A DNA stretch of 44,769 bases from Archangiaceae bacterium (GCA_023248915.1 JAHFDQ010000001.1:1-44769), one strand, 5' to 3'. Counted from the first letter of the stretch, positions 1-10,407 are shown. Translations and numbers: made by a program. The notes: a model not told the origin generated them from the letters alone.

Positions 1-1
1 G

Positions 2-163
2 GTGCTCGACCCCGACTGCCGCGCCCACGAGGTGCCCAACCTCTACGTGGTGGACGGCAGCTTCATGCCGTCGAGCGGCGGCGTGCCCACCACCCTCACC
101 ATCGCGGCCAATTCGTTCCGCGTGGCGGCAGGGCTGGTCCGGCGGCTGAAGCGCGGCGGTTGA
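2..163 (+). CDS. GMC-family (glucose-methanol-choline) flavin oxidoreductase, C-terminal fragment; 5' end lies outside the window
   Basis: The frame is open from the window edge (codon phase of nt 2) to TGA at 161-163. The tail ...VPNLYVVDGSFMPSSGGVPTTLTIAANSFRVAAGL matches the conserved C-terminal motif of GMC oxidoreductases. Confidence 0.6.
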   Translation: MLDPDCRAHEVPNLYVVDGSFMPSSGGVPTTLTIAANSFRVAAGLVRRLKRGG

Positions 164-224
164 GGCCTTCCGTTCAGCGGTTTCTAGGGTCCTCCAGCCG
201 GTTGGGCCTCGGCCGGGACTGGCC

Positions 225-1505
225 TCACTTGCTTCGGGCGGCCCCACCGCGCTTCACTGCCGACTTTCTGGGCCCTGCCAGCGGCACGCGCAGGATTCTG
301 GCGACGTCCTGCGCCGCCTTCTTCGGCACCCCGGCTTCATCGGCGTGGCGACCGAACTCGTTCACGGCATGTCGAACTTCATCGATGACTCGCCGAGGCC
401 GCCTCACGTCGACCGACGAGGCCAACTCGAGCAGGTCCTTGTCGGTGGGGTTGGCCCCCTCCCGCCCGACCAGCATCCAATGTTCCCCGCCAGGGCCTGA
501 CGAGAAGGTCAAATCATACGCCGGGCTCGGGCTCCACTCGCCGCGCTCGCTCATGAGAAAGGCGAAGTTCCGGGCGTGGTCGTCACGGTTATGGGCGTAG
601 ACGTTGAAACACGCCCTCCGGAACATCTCGGTGACGGCCGCTTCGTTGCGCGTGAGCTTTCGCGTCGCGAGCAGCAGGTCCCTGTACGTGAGGGACGGAT
701 TTCTGTGTGACGCGTGCAGCACGCCCGCAAGCGTGTGGAGGTGGATTTTCCGGCGTCCGTTGCGATCGAATCGGCGGACGGCGAAGTACCCGGCGTGCCG
801 CGCCGTTCGGCCGAGCAGCGTGGTGGAGGGGACGTCGAGGCCCGCCGCGGCGGCCATCCTGAAGTAGGCGTGCTCGAGCACGCCCGCGTGGGGTGCGTCG
901 TCCCTCGCGGGGAACTTGACGATGTAGGGGGTGCAGCCCGGGCGCGCCTTGCGGTCGCCGTAGATGACCTTCCCCTCAGCCCCGACCTGCACCAGCGCCT
1001 TCGGGCGAGCTCCCTGCGGTGAACCTCCGAGCGCGATGAGTCGGTCCAGGTCTGGCGCCTTGGCGTCATGGAGGACCGCCTCCACCTCGGCGGCTATCTG
1101 CGGCAGACTCACGACGCTCGGTGGCTGGAGGTCGACTTCGGGCTGATAGACGAGCGCGCCCATCGAGCGGGCTCCGATGAGGGCAAGCCGGTCGAGCGGA
1201 CCCAGCTCTGCGGGCAGCAGTCCCGCCCTCGCCGCGCGACGGTCGATGAGGAGCCGCCCCCACCCGTCGGGCAGGCTGTCGTCGAACACCCCGGGCAGAC
1301 CGTCGAAGAGTTGAGGTTCCCCAACGAAGACGCCACCCCGGAGCGGCAGCTTGATGGGGGACAACTCGATACCCCTCGTCAGCCACTGGGCGTCGTACTC
1401 GAAGAGGATTTCGCGGTCTTTGGTTGCGAGGCGGCCAACCTTGAGGAACCGGTCCTCCTCGGGCTCGTAGAAGACGGTCAGCAGTCGTACCTGCTGGACT
1501 GTCAC
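225..1505 (-). CDS. hipA: Type II toxin-antitoxin system HipA-family serine/threonine kinase toxin
   Basis: 426 aa. The N-terminal region looks like the HipA coupling domain (VGRLATKDREILFEYDAQWL...ELSPIKLPL). The C-terminal kinase core carries DDHARNFAFL...WSPSPAYDLTFS. The GTG start overlaps the upstream gene's stop (GTGA). Confidence 0.9.
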   Translation of the reverse strand: MTVQQVRLLTVFYEPEEDRFLKVGRLATKDREILFEYDAQWLTRGIELSPIKLPLRGGVFVGEPQLFDGLPGVFDDSLPDGWGRLLIDRRAARAGLLPAELGPLDRLALIGARSMGALVYQPEVDLQPPSVVSLPQIAAEVEAVLHDAKAPDLDRLIALGGSPQGARPKALVQVGAEGKVIYGDRKARPGCTPYIVKFPARDDAPHAGVLEHAYFRMAAAAGLDVPSTTLLGRTARHAGYFAVRRFDRNGRRKIHLHTLAGVLHASHRNPSLTYRDLLLATRKLTRNEAAVTEMFRRACFNVYAHNRDDHARNFAFLMSERGEWSPSPAYDLTFSSGPGGEHWMLVGREGANPTDKDLLELASSVDVRRPRRVIDEVRHAVNEFGRHADEAGVPKKAAQDVARILRVPLAGPRKSAVKRGGAARSK

Positions 1506-1819
1506 TTCCGCCTCCGGACTCGCTGTCGCTCGACGCCCCCTGGCTCTTCCAGCGCTTCGTCGAGCGAGCGGTACCTGGGGACCTCGAAGAGCTTCTCGAG
1601 GCCGCCCTCTACGCCCAGCGCAGTGGCTATTCGCAGCAGGTTCTCGAGCGATGCACGGCCAGTGTTCTCGAAACGCACCACGGTGCCGGTTCCTACGCCA
1701 GCGCGCGCGGCGAGCTCGCGTTGCTGGAACCCGCGCAGGATTCGGAGTCGACGGGCGCGGCGCCCCAGGTCGACCAGGCTTGTTTTGTATGAATCCACTA
1801 GTGAAATACTAACTACCAT
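1502..1819 (-). CDS. hipB: XRE-family helix-turn-helix antitoxin (HipB-like)
   Basis: 105 aa with an HTH_3-like segment LRILRGFQQRELAARAGVGTGTVVRFENTGRASLENLLRIATALG. It lies immediately upstream of hipA with a 4-nt overlap. Confidence 0.8.
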   Translation of the reverse strand: MVVSISLVDSYKTSLVDLGRRARRLRILRGFQQRELAARAGVGTGTVVRFENTGRASLENLLRIATALGVEGGLEKLFEVPRYRSLDEALEEPGGVERQRVRRRK

Positions 1820-1832
1820 GCAGCCACTTAAG

Positions 1833-1849
1833 CAACCACATGTGAGTTG
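1833..1849. promoter_or_regulatory. Candidate HipB operator: imperfect palindrome CAAC-CACATGTG-A-GTTG
   Basis: A perfect 8-bp palindrome CACATGTG (1837-1844) is flanked by CAAC/GTTG arms. It sits 14-30 nt upstream of the hipB ATG, in an unusually AT-rich stretch of a 70% GC sequence. Confidence 0.3.
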
Positions 1850-1887
1850 TTACCGGCGAGTCATAGGCTCGGGGTGAACCGGCCGCC

Positions 1888-2436
1888 TCACTGCCCCTGC
1901 TGGTCCTTCAGCCGGTCGGGAATCACCTCGAGCTTCGCGGCATACGTCAGCCTCGAGTCCGACGTGAACTCGATGAGGTGGTCGCCGACCCCGGCCAGGT
2001 CGGCCTCGCGCGCGACGTACCCCACCTGCTCGGACTCGCCGACGAACGTGCGGCCGGTGACGGTGTGGCGCACCCGCGACCGGCACTGGTCCTCGTAGAA
2101 GTTGATGACCGTCTCGTCCCCCGCCGCGATGATGCCGTCGAGCAGGAAGAGAATGCGAACGACGGACGGCTCGAAGAGCTGCACGGCCAGCCGGCCGTCC
2201 CCCGGGAACTTGCCCTGAATGTAGCTGGCATCGCCGAGCAGGCAGCCGACCACCTTGTCGCAGACCGGCCACTGCGCGTCGCAGGTGTCGGCCACCCGCG
2301 ACCCGAGAAACTCCTCGCGGCGGCTCTCGGGGGTGCAGCCCGCGGCCGCCAGGGCGGAAACCAGGGCCAGCCCCCACGCGGCCCGGGCGACCGGACCTTG
2401 GACTCCGGACCGAAACGCGACTAAGAATGGCGGCAT
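1888..2436 (-). CDS. Hypothetical lipoprotein
   Basis: I chose the internal ATG at 2436 rather than the ORF-track start at 2625. It gives a signal peptide plus lipobox (MPPFLVAFRSG...LALVSALAAAGC). Composition and GC3 look normal. I recognise no family. Confidence 0.55.
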   Translation of the reverse strand: MPPFLVAFRSGVQGPVARAAWGLALVSALAAAGCTPESRREEFLGSRVADTCDAQWPVCDKVVGCLLGDASYIQGKFPGDGRLAVQLFEPSVVRILFLLDGIIAAGDETVINFYEDQCRSRVRHTVTGRTFVGESEQVGYVAREADLAGVGDHLIEFTSDSRLTYAAKLEVIPDRLKDQQGQ

Positions 2437-2485
2437 CGCCGCTCCCGCTGCATTGGCCACGGGGGCCGTCTCGAGGGTTACCGAC

Positions 2486-2911
2486 ATGCCGTTGCGCACC
2501 GTCCTTGGCTTCACCATCTTCCTCGCTCTGGTTGCCTGTGGGAATACCCCTTCGCTTCCCCAGAAGCCGCAGCTCATCACCGACCGCGACTCGCTGGGCT
2601 TCGGCCAGGAGTTCGGCAGCGGCACCTACATCGGCACGTCGACGCAGAATTCGCTGATGATCGAGAACCAGGGGCTCGACCCGCTGGTGCTCAACCAGGT
2701 CACCATCGCCGGCGACAGCGCCTTCGTGCTCGACCCGGCCTCGAGCACCACCATCAAGGCCAAGGCCCGCGCCTTCCTGCGCATCACCTTCACCCCCACC
2801 CAGGCCAAGGTTTACACCGCGACCATCACCATCGACTCGAACGCCGAGAACACGCCCCACAAGACGGTGGACGTCACCGGCAAGGGCATCGTCGGCGGCG
2901 ACGGGGGCTGA
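2486..2911 (+). CDS. Small lipoprotein with an ASH / choice-of-anchor-D-like (PapD-fold) beta-sandwich domain
   Basis: The ATG at 2486 gives MPLRTVLGFTIFLALVACG (lipobox LVAC). The body (DSLGFGQEFG...QNSLMIENQGLDPLVLNQVTIAGDSAFVL...ARAFLRITFTPTQAKVYTATITIDSN) fits the ASH/HYDIN-like pattern common in myxobacterial surface proteins. Confidence 0.6.
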   Translation: MPLRTVLGFTIFLALVACGNTPSLPQKPQLITDRDSLGFGQEFGSGTYIGTSTQNSLMIENQGLDPLVLNQVTIAGDSAFVLDPASSTTIKAKARAFLRITFTPTQAKVYTATITIDSNAENTPHKTVDVTGKGIVGGDGG

Positions 2912-2925
2912 GCGGGCCTTTACGC

Positions 2926-4710
2926 CTACGGCTTCTTCTTCACCTCGCACCGGTCGAGCAGGTCTTCCGGCGCCACCTCGATGACGCCGTCGACGGGCGA
3001 CTTGATGCCGCCTATCGGGTAGCGCATTCCCTTGAAGCGGGCTCCGCGCACCAGCGTGCGCCCGGTGGGGTCGTCGGCGGGAATCATCGCCAGCGAGACG
3101 AAGAGATCATTGTACCCGGCGCCCCGCCCCGAGCCTCCGTCGCGGAAGTCGGGCAGCGTGGGCGCCAGCGCGATGTTGGCCACGCGGAAGCGGTAGCACT
3201 GCCGGCCTTGGGGGTCGACCGGCCCGTCGGCGTTGATCTGGTACCGGTAGCCGGTGGTGGTGAGCTTCGACCCGTCGGCCAGCAACGGGTCGGTGTGCCT
3301 CTGAATCTCCTGGTAGTTGTACATGCCGTCGCTGTCCGGGTCTTCGTCGCGGTCGTAGCTCGACGGCTGGGTGCGCATCTGCCACTCGATTGAATCGGGA
3401 ATGCCGTCCTGGTCGCTGTCCGAGCGCAGCCCGTTGGTGCCGATGATCTGCTCGTCGCAGTCGGTCAGCCCGTCGCAGTCCGAGTCGATGGCGCGCAGGG
3501 CGGGCGGGCAGCCCGGGTCGAGGCCGCCGCCGTCGGGCTGCGCGAGCTGGTTGGGCACGAACGAAGCTCCCAGCTTGGCGAAGTGCACCTCGACCCCGTC
3601 CGAGAAGCCGTCGCCGTCGGTGTCGGGGGCGAGCGGGTCGGTCCCGGCGGCGAGCTCTTCGGCGTCGGTCAACCCGTCGCCGTCGGAATCGGCCTCGGTG
3701 TCCGGTGAGTCGGCCGGCGCCGAGAAGTTGGTCACCAGGAATTCCTTCAGCGCATAGTCGCGGCGCACCTCGCCGAAGTCGAAGTTCAGGAAGTTGATGG
3801 GTTCGTTGTTGCGGAAGTCGCGGAAGGCGCCGCCGCCTATCTGGGCCATGCGGTCGAGCCGTTCGGCGTCTTGGTTGATCATCAGCATCGGGCAGGCCCC
3901 CGCGGGGACCACCGGAAACCGGCACGAGCTGCCCGTCGGCGGAGCCGTGTACCCGGTCAGGTCGCAGACCGCGGACAGCGGCTGGGTCGGGTTGAACACG
4001 TGCACCGTGTTGACCCGGACGTCGTCGGCCAGGTCCTTCAACTGGCGCACCCGAACCACCGCGTCGCCGCACAAGAGCTCGTCGTCCTGGTTGATGGTGG
4101 GGTGACCGTCGGACAGGAAGATGACCGAGTACCGGGCGACCGCTTCCGACTTGCTCAGCCGGGCGATGGCCAGGTCGCGGTTGATGAGCGCGTAGATTTC
4201 GGCCAGCGGCTTGATGAAGTCGGTGGCGTCGGCGTTCGCCCCGCCGTCGGGGTTCAACCCCGGGGTGGGCACGAAGTTGAGCAGCCGTTCCTTCAGCATC
4301 AGCCGGTCGTTGTCGGTGAAGGTGATGAGCTGCTCGAACTCGGGCAGGTTGCTGCGGGTCAGGAACGCGGGGGTCGAACCGGCGAACACCATCACCGAGA
4401 TGTAGATTTCCGGGTCGGTGGGCAGGGCTTCCATCAGGTCGATGATGGCCGTGGCGCGCGTGCCGTCGGGGTCGGTCACGTTCATCGACTGCGACGCGTC
4501 GAGCGCCATCATGATCTTGATGGGCCGGACCACCTCGTTGGTGCCCAGGGTGCACACCCGGCCCTCGACCGTCACCGTGCGGTCCACCGGCGCCGACGCG
4601 GTGTTGAGCGGATCGTAGACGTAGACGTCGGTGCACGACCAGGCGGCCACCGCCAGGGCCGCCGCGTGGCCAGCCCGCCACCCGGCCCCCTGCCGCCGCC
4701 GGACGGTCAC
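2926..4710 (-). CDS. Lipoprotein with a VWA domain (intact MIDAS), TSP3-type calcium-binding repeats and a family-specific C-terminal domain (paralog 1 of 3)
   Basis: 594 aa. The signal/lipobox is ...AALAVAAWSC-TD. The MIDAS motif DASQS lies in IKIMMALDASQSM. Asp-rich repeats include DSDGDGLTDAEE, DTDGDGFSDG, DSDCDGLTDCDE, DSDQDGIPDS and DPDSDGMYN. The C-terminal motif is GYRYQ...PQGRQCYRFRVANIAL. The GTG start overlaps the upstream stop (GTGA). Confidence 0.85.
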   Translation of the reverse strand: MTVRRRQGAGWRAGHAAALAVAAWSCTDVYVYDPLNTASAPVDRTVTVEGRVCTLGTNEVVRPIKIMMALDASQSMNVTDPDGTRATAIIDLMEALPTDPEIYISVMVFAGSTPAFLTRSNLPEFEQLITFTDNDRLMLKERLLNFVPTPGLNPDGGANADATDFIKPLAEIYALINRDLAIARLSKSEAVARYSVIFLSDGHPTINQDDELLCGDAVVRVRQLKDLADDVRVNTVHVFNPTQPLSAVCDLTGYTAPPTGSSCRFPVVPAGACPMLMINQDAERLDRMAQIGGGAFRDFRNNEPINFLNFDFGEVRRDYALKEFLVTNFSAPADSPDTEADSDGDGLTDAEELAAGTDPLAPDTDGDGFSDGVEVHFAKLGASFVPNQLAQPDGGGLDPGCPPALRAIDSDCDGLTDCDEQIIGTNGLRSDSDQDGIPDSIEWQMRTQPSSYDRDEDPDSDGMYNYQEIQRHTDPLLADGSKLTTTGYRYQINADGPVDPQGRQCYRFRVANIALAPTLPDFRDGGSGRGAGYNDLFVSLAMIPADDPTGRTLVRGARFKGMRYPIGGIKSPVDGVIEVAPEDLLDRCEVKKKP

Positions 4711-6656
4711 GGGGCGGTCCCCACGCAGCGGCTCTTGAAGGCCGCCGGGTCGCCGGTCATCTGCGACGGCGAGAGGAAGTTCGAGTTCAGCACCTCGACC
4801 TCGGGGCCAGTCGGCACCCGCACCGACGGCGGGTCGTACTGCGCCCAGACGCAGGCGGTGCGCCAGACGCCGTAGTCGGTGCCGACGCCGCTTTGCGGGG
4901 CCTCGCCGAACCAGACCTTGTACAGGTTGTAGCCTTGGCGAAGCCCGGCGCGGGACGGGGGCGTGACGAGCGTCAGGTTCGACACCGAGAAGTCGTAGCA
5001 GATGGTGCCGTCGGGCTGGGTCTGGGCCGAGGTGGCGTACTGGTAGCCAAACTCCTCGATGAAGTCGCGGTCACGCACGGTGGGGTCTGAGTCGAGGCTC
5101 AGCTCGTCCATGTCGGGAATGCCGTCACCGTCGGTGTCGAGCCCCACCGAGGCGGGCACGAGCGGGTCGAGGCCGTAGCGCACCTCGACCCCGTCCGGAA
5201 TGCCGTCGGCGTCGGAGTCGACGATGCCGGTTCGCGACTTCAGGAAGTCCTCCTCCGCGAACTGGGACAGGCCGTCGCCGTCGGTGTCGCGGCACGAGCA
5301 GCCGAGCGTCGCCGGGTCCGTCGGGTTGCACCCCCGGCCGTCCTTCTCGTTCGGCACGAAGCCGCGGTCCCCTCGCATCTGTTCGAAGCGGTCGTCGAAG
5401 CAGTCGCCGTCGGTGTCCGGGGCGAAGTTGCTCGTCTTCCAGGGCTTGTAGGGCTGGTCCAGCGTGTCGGCCAGTCCGTCGCCGTCGGAATCGACCAACC
5501 GCCCGGTGGGCCCCGGCACCGAGGTGACCGACTGCACCAAGAGCGTCTTCATCACGTTGGGCGCCGCCAAGGACGAGTAGTCGAGGGCGCCCAGGCCGAG
5601 GTTGGCGATTTCGCTGTTGTTGAATTCCTGGAAGACGCCGTTGCCGCGCTGGGCCATCTGCCGCAACAGCCACGAGGCGATGGCCTTGGTCGCCGCGGGG
5701 TAGTTGGCGGGGGTGGTGTTCGGGTAGGTGCCGTATAGGTCTTGGCAGATGGGGCCGCAGGCCTCGACCGCCGCCTGGTTGAACAGCAGCACGGTGTGGA
5801 AGCGCACGTCGCCGACGTTGAACTGGTCTCGGAGCTCGATCATCTGGTCGACGAACGAGAAGAGCTGGTAGTTCTGGTTGCGGTCGGTGCCCATCACGAA
5901 GCCGGTGATGGCGTCGGGGTCGGTCGGGTCGATGGTGTTGCAGTAGGTGCCCGACCCCGACGAGTCCGCGAACGTCAGGTCGGGGTTGTCCGAGTCGGCA
6001 TACTTTGTGAGGTTGTCGTTGGCCGAGCAGCGCGGAAACGGCGCTCCGTCGGTCAAGAACACCGTCACGTACCGGGTGCGCGGCAGTTGTTCGGGGCTGC
6101 TGTTCGACACGTCGGCGATGTCCGACGCGATGAGCGAGTAGGCGTAGGACATCGCCCCCTGGTAGTCGGTGCCCTTGCCGAGCTGGTTCTGCAGGCCGGT
6201 GATGTACGAGCCGAGCGAGCTGTCGGGCCTCGCGAAGCGCGACCCCGAGGTGGTCGGCGGCCAGACGTTCTTCACGTTGGTCTCGAACGGCACGATGGCG
6301 ATCTGCACGTTGGGCTGGTTCTGAAACTGCCCGATGAGCTGGTTCAACGCGCGCACCCGGGCCGGCTGGGTGACTCCGGGCGGCACGATGGCCACCACCG
6401 CGGCCTGCTCGCAGAAGCCCGACCCTTCCTGCGACCCGGGAGGGTCTGACACGCACATCGACCCAGACTCGTCCACGATGAAGACCACCTTGACCGGGAA
6501 GCCGGTGGGGTCGGGCGGGGCGGTGCAGACGCGCCCCTGGAGGGTGAGCTTGTTGTCGAGGTTGGTGGGTTCGGACGCTTTCGGCTCGATGAATGCGTCG
6601 GTGCACGCGAAGGTCGCCAACAGCGCCGTCACCGTCAGCCATTGCTTTGACGCCAT
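4707..6656 (-). CDS. Lipoprotein with a VWA domain (intact MIDAS), TSP3-type calcium-binding repeats and a family-specific C-terminal domain (paralog 2 of 3)
   Basis: 649 aa. The signal/lipobox is LTVTALLATFAC-TD. The MIDAS motif DESGS lies in VVFIVDESGSM. Repeats include DSDGDGLADT, DTDGDCFDD, DTDGDGLSQF, DSDADGIPDG and [12 protein letters not shown]. The C-terminal motif is GYQYA...PDGTICYDFSVSNLTL. A GGGAGG RBS precedes the ATG at 6656. Confidence 0.85.
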   Translation of the reverse strand: MASKQWLTVTALLATFACTDAFIEPKASEPTNLDNKLTLQGRVCTAPPDPTGFPVKVVFIVDESGSMCVSDPPGSQEGSGFCEQAAVVAIVPPGVTQPARVRALNQLIGQFQNQPNVQIAIVPFETNVKNVWPPTTSGSRFARPDSSLGSYITGLQNQLGKGTDYQGAMSYAYSLIASDIADVSNSSPEQLPRTRYVTVFLTDGAPFPRCSANDNLTKYADSDNPDLTFADSSGSGTYCNTIDPTDPDAITGFVMGTDRNQNYQLFSFVDQMIELRDQFNVGDVRFHTVLLFNQAAVEACGPICQDLYGTYPNTTPANYPAATKAIASWLLRQMAQRGNGVFQEFNNSEIANLGLGALDYSSLAAPNVMKTLLVQSVTSVPGPTGRLVDSDGDGLADTLDQPYKPWKTSNFAPDTDGDCFDDRFEQMRGDRGFVPNEKDGRGCNPTDPATLGCSCRDTDGDGLSQFAEEDFLKSRTGIVDSDADGIPDGVEVRYGLDPLVPASVGLDTDGDGIPDMDELSLDSDPTVRDRDFIEEFGYQYATSAQTQPDGTICYDFSVSNLTLVTPPSRAGLRQGYNLYKVWFGEAPQSGVGTDYGVWRTACVWAQYDPPSVRVPTGPEVEVLNSNFLSPSQMTGDPAAFKSRCVGTAP

Positions 6657-6763
6657 ACGTCCTCCCGCGGTGCTGCCCGACCCCTTTTCAAAAGCCTACG
6701 CCCCGGCGCGCTGGGCGCCGGGGCGGTAGGTGACTTCATCTGGTGCCGCTACCCGGCCCGACC

Positions 6764-8080
<1,317 letters not shown>

Positions 8081-8262
8081 GAACAGCTCCTTTCGAAACT
8101 CCTGGTCGGACCTTCCGATAGCAAGACCCGATCCCACGTCAGTTCGTCTAGTTTGTTTAGTTGTTACGGCTGCTTGTGATTGCGTCGCCCCTTGCGTCCG
8201 AGCTGGGTGTGGGGGGGAGTCCTCAGGATCATTGGGGGTCGCACCCCACAACCTCGAACCGA

Positions 8263-9858
8263 TCAAAAGCCTAGCACGAAGTCGTCGGGGGTCACCTTAA
8301 TGATGCCCTTCGGCTTCTTCTTATCGGGGGGAATGAAGCGCACCTGTTGGATGAAGAGCGACCCGATGCCGGTGCCGCGCGGGTCGGACTCGTGGCCGAC
8401 CTGCAGGTAGAAGTAGATGTCGTTGGTGCCCGCGGGAATCTTCAGGCTGGGGAAGTTCTCGTTGGGCCGTTCGATCGTGTACACCAGGCCGACGTTGGTC
8501 ACCTTGAAGTCGTAGCAGGCGCGGCCATCGGGGGTGGGGGTGCCGTCGGTGATGGCGTAACCGTAGCCGTGCTCGGCGCGGAAACCGATGTCGGCGGACA
8601 GCGCGTCGGTGTGTTGTTTCACTTCTCCGATGTTGGAGTACCCGTCGCGGTCTTGGTCGTTGAGGTCTTCCGGTATCAGCGGGTTGGTGTTGGCGAGCAA
8701 TTCGACCAGGTCGGGAATGCCGTCGCCGTCGGTGTCGGCCACGCACGGGTTGGTGCCGAGCACCCGTTCCTCGCAGTCGTTCAACCGGTCGAAGTCGGTG
8801 TCGAGGAAGGGGTTGCAGCCGTTGATGACGTCGACGTTGCCCGGCTGGGGCTTCAAGCCCATGTGCAGCTCGACGCCGTCCATCAGCCCGTCGCTGTCCG
8901 AGTCGGGGGCGATGGAGTCGGTGCCGGCGTCGGCCTCGTCGTCGTCAGGCATGCCGTCGCCGTCCGAATCGACCAGCACCTTGCCCGACCGGGCGACGGC
9001 GTTGCGGTTGAAGGCGAAGAACTGCTTCAGCACCAGCGCCCGCTGCAAGGAAGCGTAGTTGATGGCGTTCAGCGCCGCCTTCAGGTTTCCGGGGTCGGTC
9101 TCGATGAGCTGGGTGCCGCCCTGGCGGGCGATGGCGGCTCCCTGGGCGGACGCGGTGGGGTCGGCGGTGGTGCGCACGTAGATGGGCTGTATCGAGACCT
9201 CGCCGGCGCGGTACTGGTCTTCCAGCGACTTGAGCGCGCCGGTCACCGCCGACAGCTCGCAGGCCGAGCACTGCGCCGGGTCGGGCATGGCGCTGCACTT
9301 GCCTTCGATGCCGGCGTTGAAGGCCGGGTTGGCGCACGAGGTGTCGGCGTCGGAAAACACCAACACCACCAGGTAGCGGGTGCGACCGACGGTGCCCTTG
9401 CAACCGGTCTGCATGTCGCCCGACAAGAGGCTGCGGGCCAGCCTGAGCGGCGCGCGCAGCGAGATGGGGCCCGCTTCCTGGTAGCTCGAGTACTTCATGG
9501 TCGCGGTCTGAAGCTGCGCCGCGTCGACGTAGGACGCCTGAATGCCGGTGGCGACCGTGTGGTACGCCATCAGCTCGAACTTGATGTAGGGCTCGGAGAA
9601 GCGCGACCCCAGGTCCTGGAGCGCTGCGGTCACCTGCCCCACCACGGTGCGGTCGATGTTGTCGCCGCCTTCGACCGCGAACAGCACCCGCACCGGAAAG
9701 GCCTCGCCGGTCGCCAGCGGCACGCAGACGCTGCCTTCCAGGTCGACCCGGTCGGGGCCGGTGCCTGCCCCCTCGCCTATCTTGTAGAGGCCGACGTCGG
9801 TGCAACCCGAGAGCGCCCAGACGGCGGTCAGCATGAGAATCGGGCGCGAGCGGGACAT
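8263..9858 (-). CDS. Lipoprotein with a VWA-like domain (degenerate MIDAS), TSP3-type repeats and a family-specific C-terminal domain (paralog 3 of 3); first gene of the minus-strand array
   Basis: 531 aa with lipobox [10 protein letters not shown]. The position aligned to the MIDAS reads [14 protein letters not shown] instead of DxSxS. Repeats include [31 protein letters not shown] and DQDRDGYSN. The C-terminal motif is GYGYA...[16 protein letters not shown]. Confidence 0.8.
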   Translation of the reverse strand: MSRSRPILMLTAVWALSGCTDVGLYKIGEGAGTGPDRVDLEGSVCVPLATGEAFPVRVLFAVEGGDNIDRTVVGQVTAALQDLGSRFSEPYIKFELMAYHTVATGIQASYVDAAQLQTATMKYSSYQEAGPISLRAPLRLARSLLSGDMQTGCKGTVGRTRYLVVLVFSDADTSCANPAFNAGIEGKCSAMPDPAQCSACELSAVTGALKSLEDQYRAGEVSIQPIYVRTTADPTASAQGAAIARQGGTQLIETDPGNLKAALNAINYASLQRALVLKQFFAFNRNAVARSGKVLVDSDGDGMPDDDEADAGTDSIAPDSDSDGLMDGVELHMGLKPQPGNVDVINGCNPFLDTDFDRLNDCEERVLGTNPCVADTDGDGIPDLVELLANTNPLIPEDLNDQDRDGYSNIGEVKQHTDALSADIGFRAEHGYGYAITDGTPTPDGRACYDFKVTNVGLVYTIERPNENFPSLKIPAGTNDIYFYLQVGHESDPRGTGIGSLFIQQVRFIPPDKKKPKGIIKVTPDDFVLGF

Positions 9859-9965
9859 GGCGCGCCGCGAAGCCTACTCCAGCGCGCCTCGTGGGGACAT
9901 CACGCAGGCGCTCGCCGCAGCGCCCGGGCGCGCGAACTATAGTGAAGGCGGTGTGCGTGTGCTCC

Positions 9966-9994
9966 TTGACGCATTGAAACCCGTTGGCTTTAGT
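9966..9994 (+). promoter_or_regulatory. Candidate sigma70-type promoter in the divergent intergenic region (TTGACG-17 nt-TTTAGT)
   Basis: TTGACG at 9966-9971 and TTTAGT at 9989-9994 are separated by 17 nt, within the 146-nt gap between the divergent gene sets. If real, the transcript would be almost leaderless relative to the ATG at 10005. This rests on sequence pattern only. Confidence 0.25.
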
Positions 9995-10004
9995 TTGGGT
10001 CCTG

Positions 10005-10370
10005 ATGCGTCTGGCTCGTGGCTTGGTGTTGTCGGTGGTGGTTTGCGCCCTGGCGCCCGCGGCTTACGCGGGTCCGAAGGGCAAGCGCGGGGGCGCGGCC
10101 AAGGCGGCCGCTCGACGCGGTGCGGCAGCTCCGGTGGTCAAGCTGAAGCCGGCCGAGGTGCCCGCCGACGCGGCGCCGAAGGACACCGGCAGCGCTCCGG
10201 TCACCCGGGGCCCGACGCGCATCGACTTCGACGACCGGTTGATCCAAGGGCAGACCAACAAGTCGGGCGCCGTCTATCTGTACGACCGCAAGGAACTCAA
10301 GACGCGCTCGATGGTCAAAAGGCGAGAGAGCTTCCGGGACGAGATCGTCGCCACGATCTACGACGACTAG
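10005..10370 (+). CDS. Small secreted protein, first gene of the Glt/Nfs-like operon (possibly GltF-like; unverified)
   Basis: The ATG at 10005 gives the signal peptide MRLARGLVLSVVVCALAPAAYA; the ORF track starts at an upstream TTG at 9984. A basic low-complexity linker follows, then a conserved-looking C-terminus RIDFDDRLIQGQTNKSGAVYLYDRKELKTRSMVKRRESFRDEI. Confidence 0.6.
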   Translation: MRLARGLVLSVVVCALAPAAYAGPKGKRGGAAKAAARRGAAAPVVKLKPAEVPADAAPKDTGSAPVTRGPTRIDFDDRLIQGQTNKSGAVYLYDRKELKTRSMVKRRESFRDEIVATIYDD

Positions 10371-10407
10371 TGCCCGAACTTCATCCGCAGTTCTCAAGGA
10401 GCTTTTT

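Noticed and set aside
160-1877. Plus-strand ORFs 160-600, 714-1022 and 1068-1877 across hipA/hipB
   Set aside because: They lie antisense to clearly recognisable hipA and hipB and have Arg/Pro/Ser-rich composition.
3107-6642. Same-strand alternative-frame ORFs 3107-4681 (524 aa) and 5125-6642 (505 aa) inside the VWA genes
   Set aside because: These off-frame products are Arg/Pro/Gly/His-rich. The annotated frames carry the lipoboxes, MIDAS motifs and TSP3 loops.
8235-8247. GGGGT-cgc-ACCCC hairpin after the stop of the 8263-9858 gene, considered as a terminator
   Set aside because: The stem is only 5 bp and no U-tract follows on the transcribed strand. This is too weak to call. The 182-nt gap may instead hold an internal promoter for the TSP3 gene.
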